Origin: Candidatus Eiseniibacteriota bacterium
Lineage (GTDB): Bacteria > Eisenbacteria > RBG-16-71-46 > CAZAMP01
NCBI GenBank assembly: GCA_965224245.1
Contig: OZ245046.1
Span: forward strand, 544,001 to 608,000
Reading direction: 5' to 3'
DNA: 64,000 nt
Made by a program: the position numbers and the translations under genes. The notes below the pieces were generated by a model. That model ran no database searches, was not told the DNA's origin, and was given only the letters and a program-made list of their open reading frames with translations. Shown here piece after piece: positions 20,513-28,287 of the stretch. Each line of letters opens with the position of its first letter. Position 1 is the first letter of the stretch.

Positions 20513-23274
20513 TTCAGCAGGATCGACTTCTGCTCGAGACGCCGGGAGTCCGTCTCCAGGCGCGTCAGGTAGACGCCGCTCGGGAGGCCCGTGCCGCCGT
20601 CGTCGAGACCGTCCCAGACGATCTCGTGGCGACCGGCCGCGAGCACGTCGTCCACGAGCGTCCGCACGAGCCGGCCCGAGGCGTCGAACACCACGAGGCG
20701 CGCCGATCCTGGCGCAGGCAGGTCGAAGGCGTATGTCGTGCGCGGGTTGAACGGGTTGGGGTGGTTCTGCGCGAGCCGCACCGACGAGGGTACCGAGGTC
20801 GTGCTCGGCGCGTCGATCATGTCCACCGAGAACACGTAGAGCCCGCGCTGGATGTCCGACACCAGCACGTTTCCGCTGGGAAGATGCGAGAAGATTCCCC
20901 ACGCGCCGGCGTAGACGGGCGCATCGCTCTCGGGATGCGTGTCGAAGTAGCCGATCTCGCCGACCGCCATCGGGTCGGACGCGTCGAAGACCCGGAGCCC
21001 GCTGGTGTAGTTGGCCTCGAAGATCAACGACCCCGCCACCATCAGGTTGTGATCGATCGACGTCAGCCCGTTCGTGAACGTGGTCACGAGGGTCGGGTTG
21101 GTCAGGTCGGACACGTCGAAGACGTAGGTCGTGGTGGTGCTTCCGAACTCCTCCTCGTCCAGCTCGTCGCCGAGGTAGAACGTGTTCAGATCGGTGCTGA
21201 GCCAGCCCTGGTGGGCGTACGTCGTGCCCGGGTAGATCAGGGACGCGAGCTCGAACATGGCCGCCTTGCTCGTGACGTCCACGATCGCCAGCCCGAAGCC
21301 CTCCTGGGCCAGAAACGCGATCTCGCGGTCGGCATAGGCGGCGTGATCGGACGGGTAGGTGACGACGTAGCAGTCGTGAACTCTCGCCTCCCCGGTGTCG
21401 TAGGTGGCGGTCAGGACGGGAGCGGACGGGGTCGACAGGTCGACGACCGGGAGCCCACTCTCGGTGTTCGGGAGGCTCAGGTAGGCGAAGCCGCTGGCGG
21501 CGTTGACGGTGATGTTGTGCGCGTCGTCGATTCCGTCGAGCACGAAGTCGCCGACCTTCGTCACGACGCCCGAGTCGATGTCGGTCAGATCGAACACCTG
21601 GATGCCGTCACCACCACCGAAGCGCCACTGGTTCACGTTGTAGGCGTACTCGTCGTACACCGCCTGATCGCTCCACAGCGTCGTCTGGTCGTCGAACACG
21701 GCGAGCACCACGGGGCTCGCGGGGACCGTCACGTCGACGAAGCCCGTACCATGACCCAGACCCACGAGTGCGTACTCGCGGCCGGACGGAGAGACGTAGC
21801 CCCAGACGTCGTTCAGGTGGACACCGCATGCGAAGTCGCGGGTCGGGACGTGTCCGAGAAGCGTGACCCCGCTCGCGTCGAAGGGCTCGGGGCATCCCTC
21901 GTCGACGGCACCCACGAGCGCCCCGCACGTGCTGGCGGCGGCCCGGAGCGGTGAGGTCGGGTCGAGCGCGTAGTCGGCCCGGAAGAGCCCATCGACCGAG
22001 TAGAGCGGCGCCAGGTCGCAGCACGCCGGCTGACAGAACAACGGATCGACCGACGTGGATGCGGCGTCGAACGTCACGGAGCCGGGTCCCTCGATCCCGG
22101 TCAGGTCGACGTTGCTGCAATCGAAGTCGAGGCTCGAGCCGGCCGCCGCGTACACGGCGTCTCCGGCCCCGTCGGCACAGTTGCTCCACACGATCGTCCG
22201 ATCCGCTCCGGGCACGAGCGCCGACGGGCCGGCGCACACGCCGCCGCCCGAGCCGGTCGCACGGTTGTCGGCGATCGTGCACGAGTCGAGATCGCAGAGA
22301 CCGTCGGTGTAGACGCCGCCGCCGTCGGCGCCCGAGAGGTTCGTGACGATCACGGTCCCCGAGACGCTCGGACCCGCGTCGGCGCCCTCGACGAACAGGC
22401 CGCCGCCCCGGAGCCCCGACTCGTTGCCGATGAACGAGCCACCCTCGATCGACAGGAAGAGGTTGCTGACCGCGGCCAGTCCGCCGCCGTCGGTCCCCGC
22501 GGCGTTCTCGCGGAACTGGCAGTCGATGAAGCGGTGAAACGGGCTCGATCCGCCGGGAAGGAGCTCGGCCCCGCCCCCCGCACTCGTGGCGCCGTTGAAG
22601 CGGAAGATGACGTTCGTGAACGTACTGGACGACGGACCGCCCCCGGCGATGGCGAGGCCGCCACCGGCGCCGGCCACGTTGCTCGCGATCGTGGAGCTCT
22701 CGACCTCGACCGCGGACGTCTCGTCCACGAACAGCCCACCGCCTCGCACCGTGCCCGCGTTTGACGTGACGACCGTGCCCTGAATCAGCGGGAACGAGCC
22801 GGCGGTGGCCGCCACGCCGCCCCCGTGCGACCCGACCGCGTTGATGATCGTGCAGCCGACGATGGTCGGGGACGCCCCCTCGAGCAGAATCGCGCCCCCG
22901 GGTCCTCCACCGGCGTCGCCGTCGCGCAGCAGGAAGCCCTCGATGCGGGCGAGGCGCGTCTCGCCGCCGTGCAGATGAAAGAGGCGGCTCGTGCCGTCGG
23001 CGTCGATGGCCGTCGCGCTCCGCCCGTGTACCGAGCGAACGGTGATGTCCTTCCCGCCGAAGTCGAGGTTCACGTTACCCGCGCCGGAGTAGGTTCCGTC
23101 GTCGACCTCCACGACGTCGCCGTCGGCGGCGGCATCGATGGCCGCCTGAATCGTCCCGTACTCGGACGGTACCGAGAGAATCGGAGATCCGGCTCGTCCG
23201 GTGTCGATGAGTGCGGAAGCGGCCGAGAACGTGAACGCCACGGCCAGAACGCGAAGCGAGGCGGTCGGCGGCAT
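20509..23274 (-). CDS. Secreted choice-of-anchor-B family protein with N-terminal right-handed beta-helix repeats and FlgD/T9SS-like tail
   Basis: TIQAAIDAA..GGG/N-A-GGG beta-helix repeats; NDVWGY..GREYALVG, HQGWLS, GDELDE, IDHNL, ANYTSGLRVFD, GAWG; tail QNHPNPFNP..WDGLDDGG..SGVY. Start at ATG 23274 with GGAG RBS. Confidence 0.82.
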   Translation of the reverse strand: MPPTASLRVLAVAFTFSAASALIDTGRAGSPILSVPSEYGTIQAAIDAAADGDVVEVDDGTYSGAGNVNLDFGGKDITVRSVHGRSATAIDADGTSRLFHLHGGETRLARIEGFLLRDGDAGGGPGGAILLEGASPTIVGCTIINAVGSHGGGVAATAGSFPLIQGTVVTSNAGTVRGGGLFVDETSAVEVESSTIASNVAGAGGGLAIAGGGPSSSTFTNVIFRFNGATSAGGGAELLPGGSSPFHRFIDCQFRENAAGTDGGGLAAVSNLFLSIEGGSFIGNESGLRGGGLFVEGADAGPSVSGTVIVTNLSGADGGGVYTDGLCDLDSCTIADNRATGSGGGVCAGPSALVPGADRTIVWSNCADGAGDAVYAAAGSSLDFDCSNVDLTGIEGPGSVTFDAASTSVDPLFCQPACCDLAPLYSVDGLFRADYALDPTSPLRAAASTCGALVGAVDEGCPEPFDASGVTLLGHVPTRDFACGVHLNDVWGYVSPSGREYALVGLGHGTGFVDVTVPASPVVLAVFDDQTTLWSDQAVYDEYAYNVNQWRFGGGDGIQVFDLTDIDSGVVTKVGDFVLDGIDDAHNITVNAASGFAYLSLPNTESGLPVVDLSTPSAPVLTATYDTGEARVHDCYVVTYPSDHAAYADREIAFLAQEGFGLAIVDVTSKAAMFELASLIYPGTTYAHQGWLSTDLNTFYLGDELDEEEFGSTTTTYVFDVSDLTNPTLVTTFTNGLTSIDHNLMVAGSLIFEANYTSGLRVFDASDPMAVGEIGYFDTHPESDAPVYAGAWGIFSHLPSGNVLVSDIQRGLYVFSVDMIDAPSTTSVPSSVRLAQNHPNPFNPRTTYAFDLPAPGSARLVVFDASGRLVRTLVDDVLAAGRHEIVWDGLDDGGTGLPSGVYLTRLETDSRRLEQKSILLK

Positions 23275-23480
23275 GGAGCTCTCCTGGTATCGTCCGCGGA
23301 CGGACGTGATCGACGGGGCGGGCATCGAGCGCGGCCCGGGTCCGTGTTCGGGACTGTCGTGAGAGCCGCCTCGCCACATACTGTGCGGGAACGGTACGAT
23401 GTCGGTATTGTATCGTATCCGCGGCCGGGACTGCCAGGTATGGGGTCCTCGCGAGCTCGCGCGCACCCGATGGAGGATGG

Positions 23481-26063
23481 ATGCAGGCATCATCACGATC
23501 GACATCGCATTGGTTCGAGTGCTCGGAGCTCCGCCACCTACCGACCCGCCGCGCGCGGAATCCGATCGTGGGTGTGCTGGCGATCACGATCCTCGCCGCG
23601 TCGGGCTGCGGGACTCCGGACGACCGGACCCCGACCCCGACCGTGACCGACGACGCGCACAGGCCGCACTTCACGGACGTCACGCGAGCCGCCGGGATCG
23701 ACCACACGCACTCGAAGCCGCGCCTCGATCCGAAGCTCGACAACATCATGCCGTGGGTCTCCAGCGTGGGAGCCGCCGCGGCGGCCGGCGACGTCGACGG
23801 TGACGGATGGATCGATCTCTACGTGACCACGTCTCGCAAGGGCGCCCAGAACCTCCTCTATCGGAACCAGGGCGACGGAACGTTCACGAACGTGGCGAGC
23901 ACGGCCGGCGTCGCCGACGTGAACGACGACGACGGGGTCAGCATCGACTGCATCTTCGGAGACGTCGACGACGACGGATGGACCGATCTCTACCTGGTCC
24001 GGTGGGGTCGCGACCGTCTGTTCCTGAACGACGGAGACGGCACGTTCACCGAGGTCACGCGCGAGCGCTTCACCCGGCGCGACGGCATGCCGGGCACGGA
24101 CTGGGCGAACGGGTGCGGTGCGGTCTTCCTCGACTACGATCGGGACGGCCGTCTGGACATCTACGTCGCGAACTACTTCCGCGACGTCGATCTGTGGGAT
24201 CTGACGTCGACTCGAATCATGCACGACGACTTCGAGCACTCTCGAAACGGGGGAGAGAACTTTCTCTACCACCAGGAGCCCGACGGCACGTTCCGGGAGG
24301 TCGCCTCGTCGCTGGGGATGGAGGATCCCGGCTGGACGCTCGCCGTCGGGTCCGCGGACGTCGACAACGACGGGTGGCTGGACGTCTACTGTGCGAACGA
24401 CTTCGGGCCCGACCAGCTCTTCCTCAACCAGGCGGACGGCACGTTCTCGAACGTGTCGGACGTCGCGCTCGAGTACGATACGAAGAAGGGCATGAACGTC
24501 GACTTCGGAGACGTCAACAACGACGGATGGCTCGACATCTACGTCACGAACATCACCACGGCCGAGTACCTCCGCGAGGGGAACATGCTCTGGCACAACA
24601 ACGGCCCGTCGGACGAGGCGCGCGTCGACTTCGTCGACATCGCCACCGTCTCCGACACGTACGACGGGGGCTGGGGCTGGGGCGCAAAGTTCTTCGACGC
24701 CGACAACGACGGGAGCCTCGACCTCGTGGCCGGAAACGGCTTCATCAGCGCCGGGGAAGGCGAGTACTGGTTCGAGCTGGCCTCCTGGACGGTCATCGCC
24801 GAGGATCCGGCCGACGCCGCCAACTGGCCCGCCATCGGAGAGCGCTCCTTCTCGGGGTTCGAGCCCATTCGATTCTGGCTCAATCGAGAAGGAACCTTCG
24901 TGGAGTCGGCAGCGGCCTCGGGGCTCACGACCCGACGCGACGAACGGGGCGTGGTCACGATCGACTACGACAACGACGGGGATCTGGATCTCTATCTCGC
25001 GAATCAGGGGCAGCCTCCCTGCCTGTACCGCAACGACACACCTGCCCGCCACCACTGGCTCACCGTGGCCCTCGAGGGACGGAGTGACGCGATCGGCGCG
25101 CGTGTGACCGTCGTGACGCCGGACGCCACACGCATCCGGGAGCGCGACGGAGGGAACGGCTACTCCGGTCAGAGCGATCCCCGCATTCACGTCGGGCTGG
25201 GCGAGAACGAGTTGGTCGAGCTCGTGGAGGTCCGCTGGTCGGACGGTGGGCTGCAGTACCTCGAGAATCTGCCGGTGGATCAGATCGTCACCGTCGAGCA
25301 GGATCGGGCGCGCTACGTGGCCAGCGTCCCGCGCGTCGCGGCGATGCCCGAGCGCATCGTGCTCGACACCGCCGAGTCGGAGACGCCGGCGATCGATCCC
25401 GCCGAGCTGGACGAGCTCTTGACGGAGCTCGAGACCGCCATCCGCTCGGGGGACACGACGCTCCGGACCACGAGCCTCTATCGAAACCGCTGCATCACGT
25501 ACGGCGTACACGAGCGTTCGGTGCGCTTCTTCGAGGCGCTCGTGAACGAGCACCCCGACCAGAGCCGCCATCGAGTGAACCTCGCGCTGGCCTACGTGGA
25601 CAAGATCCCGACCTGCGGTGGGGTGGCCGCGGTCGTCAGCAAGGGTACGCTGGCTCGAAAGTCGCTCGACGAGGTGACGCGTGTGATCGATCATGACGGC
25701 GGCACGTGGCTGACACACTACATCCGGGGCATGAACCATCTGCACTGGCCGCGCGCGCTCCGCCACTCCGACGATGCGGCCGCCGAGTTCGAACGCTGCC
25801 TCGAGATCCAGAGCGCGGCGTCGGATCCCCGCGATTACTTCGTACGTACGCATGTAGCACTGGGCGACGCTTATGCCAAGGATGGCCACGCCGATCGCGC
25901 GCGCGCCGTCTGGAGGGCGGCCCTCGAGCACTACCCGGACGCCGAGGCGATCTCGACGCGACTCGGGATCACCGACGACGACGCGCTGCTCGATTTCGTC
26001 GAGGACGCGCGGAGCATCGACCGTCCGATCGATACGGACATGTCGTTCGTCGAGCGGTACTGA
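23481..26063 (+). CDS. CRTAC1/ASPIC-UnbV (enediyne E4-like) FG-GAP repeat protein with C-terminal TPR domain, probable lipoprotein
   Basis: Multiple D-x-D-x-D-G-W-x-D-L-Y repeats, GWGWGAKFFDADNDG, UnbV domain AIGARVTV..GGNGYSGQSD.RIHVGLG..VRW; lipobox-like ILAASGC; helical TPR tail. Exact start uncertain. Confidence 0.85.
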   Translation: MQASSRSTSHWFECSELRHLPTRRARNPIVGVLAITILAASGCGTPDDRTPTPTVTDDAHRPHFTDVTRAAGIDHTHSKPRLDPKLDNIMPWVSSVGAAAAAGDVDGDGWIDLYVTTSRKGAQNLLYRNQGDGTFTNVASTAGVADVNDDDGVSIDCIFGDVDDDGWTDLYLVRWGRDRLFLNDGDGTFTEVTRERFTRRDGMPGTDWANGCGAVFLDYDRDGRLDIYVANYFRDVDLWDLTSTRIMHDDFEHSRNGGENFLYHQEPDGTFREVASSLGMEDPGWTLAVGSADVDNDGWLDVYCANDFGPDQLFLNQADGTFSNVSDVALEYDTKKGMNVDFGDVNNDGWLDIYVTNITTAEYLREGNMLWHNNGPSDEARVDFVDIATVSDTYDGGWGWGAKFFDADNDGSLDLVAGNGFISAGEGEYWFELASWTVIAEDPADAANWPAIGERSFSGFEPIRFWLNREGTFVESAAASGLTTRRDERGVVTIDYDNDGDLDLYLANQGQPPCLYRNDTPARHHWLTVALEGRSDAIGARVTVVTPDATRIRERDGGNGYSGQSDPRIHVGLGENELVELVEVRWSDGGLQYLENLPVDQIVTVEQDRARYVASVPRVAAMPERIVLDTAESETPAIDPAELDELLTELETAIRSGDTTLRTTSLYRNRCITYGVHERSVRFFEALVNEHPDQSRHRVNLALAYVDKIPTCGGVAAVVSKGTLARKSLDEVTRVIDHDGGTWLTHYIRGMNHLHWPRALRHSDDAAAEFERCLEIQSAASDPRDYFVRTHVALGDAYAKDGHADRARAVWRAALEHYPDAEAISTRLGITDDDALLDFVEDARSIDRPIDTDMSFVERY

Positions 26064-26074
26064 CTCCGAGTGCC

Positions 26075-26218
26075 GGGGCGGCAGGCGTGGTGTCTCCTCC
26101 GCTCAAACCTGCCGGCGTGGCCCTCGGGGAAGGTGGGGGTGTCGTTTCGTGCGGGAGCGGTGACGGAGACGTGCTGGTCGCATCCATTCGCTCACCCCGA
26201 CACCACGCCTGCCGCCCC
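26075..26218. repeat. Perfect 20-bp inverted repeat GGGGCGGCAGGCGTGGTGTC (26075-26094 / 26199-26218)
   Basis: Read directly from the sequence; 104-nt spacer; lies between convergent genes. Confidence 0.85.
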
Positions 26219-26219
26219 T

Positions 26220-26360
26220 GTGTCGGGGGATCGACCGGCGCCCGGATGTCGAGGTGTGGGGGATGGTGCGGATCTCCCGGAACTCGGACGCCATCCGATG
26301 TAGAGTGCGCTCCGGCTTGGGCATGACACGGAGGTTGGGGCGGCGGTGTCGGGGGATCGA
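26220..26360. repeat. 15-bp direct repeat GTGTCGGGGGATCGA (26220-26234 and 26346-26360)
   Basis: Read directly from the sequence. Confidence 0.8.
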
Positions 26361-26379
26361 ACGGGGTCGGTCCGAAGAG

Positions 26380-26415
26380 AAATGAAAAGGGGCGATGCCG
26401 GGGTGGCATCGCCCC
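26380..26415 (-). terminator. Rho-independent terminator of the 26438-28003 gene
   Basis: 11-bp stem GGGGCGATGCC/GGCATCGCCCC with a 5-nt loop, followed on the minus strand by TTTTCATTT. Confidence 0.85.
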
Positions 26416-26437
26416 ATCGACACGATGGTCGTGTTCG

Positions 26438-28003
26438 CTACTTCAGCATGACCGCCTGTCGCGTCTCGACGACGTGACCGTCCACGACCAGCTCGTAGAA
26501 GTACGTTCCGGAGGCCAGGAGACGGCCGGATTCGTCGCGACCGTCCCAGTTCACCCGATGCGATCCCGCGCTCACGTGCGCGTCCACGAGCGTGCGCAGG
26601 AGGCGCCCCGTCGCGTCGTAGATGCGGATCTGCGCGGTGCCGGCGTTCTCCAGCACGAAGGGGAGCGCCGTCGAGGGGTGGAACGGGTTCGGCCGAGGCG
26701 CCAGCAGCCGCGTACCGGCGGCGACCCCGGTCTGCGGGCTGGAGAGCGGCGTCACGTCGCCGGTGCCCATGCGGACGGTGCCGACGGTGGACCCGCCCAG
26801 GCCCTCGAGAATGCTGCCCGGTGCACCCTGGAAGTCGATCCGGTAGGCGATGTCGAAGAAGCTGTCGACCTGGAAGTCGCCGCTGGGTAGCTGCGTCAGC
26901 GTCGTGTGTCCCGGGCTCGGGAGACCGAACTCGGTACCGCCGGTGATGCCGAGGAACTCGAAGTCCGGATCTCCGAACAGCTTACCCTGCAGCCGCACCA
27001 TGTCGTTGTCGAACTCCTGGACCGGGTCGCCCGGCGTCCGCGGACCGGTGTGCACCTCGCACTGGATCGGGATGATCATCGTGCGTGCGTAGCCCTCGAG
27101 GTCGCCGGTGCCGTTGAGCGTCATCGTCAGCTGCGACTGGAACTGCTCGATCTCGCCGCCCAGCGTGCCGCCCGGTGTCGCGACCACGTTGAAGAACCGG
27201 TCGTGAATCGGGTCGAACTCGATCGTCGTTCCCGGTGGAAGGCCGTCGATGATCATGTGGACCTGGTCCGGCGACAGGTACTGACAGCCGTCGGGCGGCA
27301 GGCGGACGGTACCCGTCCCGTCGTCGGCGACCACGCACGGGTTGTCGGGAGCCGGCTCGCCGCCCTGCATCCGTACGGTTCCCTCGGTCGGGCCGCCGAA
27401 GCCCTCGAGGATGCTTCCCGGCGCGCCCTGGAACTCGATCCGGTAGGCGATGTCGAAGAAGCTGTCGACGTTGAAGTTGCCGTTGGGGAGCTGCGTGAGC
27501 GTCGTCTGACCGGGGCTCGGGAGGCCGAACGACGAGCCCGCGACGATCTGGATGAAGTCGAAGTCCGGGTCGCCGAAGAGCTGGCCCTGGAGCTGCACCA
27601 TCTCGTTCGGAAACGTCTGCACGGGGTCGCCGGGCGAGCGCGGACCGGTGTGAACCTCGCACGCGATCGGGATCGCCATCGTTCGGGCAAACCCGGCCAG
27701 ATCGCCGGTTCCCGTCATCTGCATGAACAGGAACGACTGGAACTGCTCGACCTCGCCGCCGAGCGACCCGCCCGGGAATCGCACCTCGTTGAAGAACTTC
27801 GCGTGCTCGGCCGCGACGTGGATCTCGGTGCCCGCCGGGAGGTTGCCGATCATGATGTGCAGATCGTCCGGAGAGACGTATCCGCATCCGGGCGGTGGCA
27901 GGTCGACGGTCCCGGTGCCATTGTCGGGTACCTCGCACACGTCCGCTCTCGCGATCGAGCCGACCAGCGCGGCCATACATACGACGCTCCAAAGACGCGA
28001 CAT
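26438..28003 (-). CDS. Secreted protein with two tandem 200-aa repeats (VDSFFDIAYRI motif) and FlgD/T9SS-like tail; function unknown
   Basis: GGAGG RBS; signal MSRLWSVVCMAALVGSIARA; repeats C-x-V-x-D-x-GTGTV-x-LPP-x-GC..EVHTGPR..LFGDPDF..VDSFFDIAYRI at an exact 600-bp offset; tail PNPF..YDATGRLLR..WDGRDESG..SGTYFY. Confidence 0.85.
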   Translation of the reverse strand: MSRLWSVVCMAALVGSIARADVCEVPDNGTGTVDLPPPGCGYVSPDDLHIMIGNLPAGTEIHVAAEHAKFFNEVRFPGGSLGGEVEQFQSFLFMQMTGTGDLAGFARTMAIPIACEVHTGPRSPGDPVQTFPNEMVQLQGQLFGDPDFDFIQIVAGSSFGLPSPGQTTLTQLPNGNFNVDSFFDIAYRIEFQGAPGSILEGFGGPTEGTVRMQGGEPAPDNPCVVADDGTGTVRLPPDGCQYLSPDQVHMIIDGLPPGTTIEFDPIHDRFFNVVATPGGTLGGEIEQFQSQLTMTLNGTGDLEGYARTMIIPIQCEVHTGPRTPGDPVQEFDNDMVRLQGKLFGDPDFEFLGITGGTEFGLPSPGHTTLTQLPSGDFQVDSFFDIAYRIDFQGAPGSILEGLGGSTVGTVRMGTGDVTPLSSPQTGVAAGTRLLAPRPNPFHPSTALPFVLENAGTAQIRIYDATGRLLRTLVDAHVSAGSHRVNWDGRDESGRLLASGTYFYELVVDGHVVETRQAVMLK

Positions 28004-28287
28004 CGTCTAACCTCCTGCCGTCGACACCGCGCCGTTCGTCTCTCGTACGGCGAACGATCTCCGGCCAACGGTTTTGTAGGATGATGCGGGCGCATCACGC
28101 GAACGCGATTCGATCCGGTCCGAATGCCCTCGACCGGCTCGAAGGACGGCCACGATCCGAGGAAGCGGGTGACCCCAAAAAACGGCCATCGGGAAACTCT
28201 CATCGAAATGATACTGTGTTGCCCGGAAACTGGACAAGCACGTGCTGAGGATCTTGCCCCGCGAGGACCGAGATCGATGATCCTGGC

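Noticed and set aside
28230-28246. Possible sigma-54 promoter (TGGACA-N-GTGCT, GG-N10-GC spacing) upstream of the MMPL-PKSE operon
   Set aside because: Spacing fits but both boxes deviate from TGGCAC/TTGC, and such matches are frequent in GC-rich DNA
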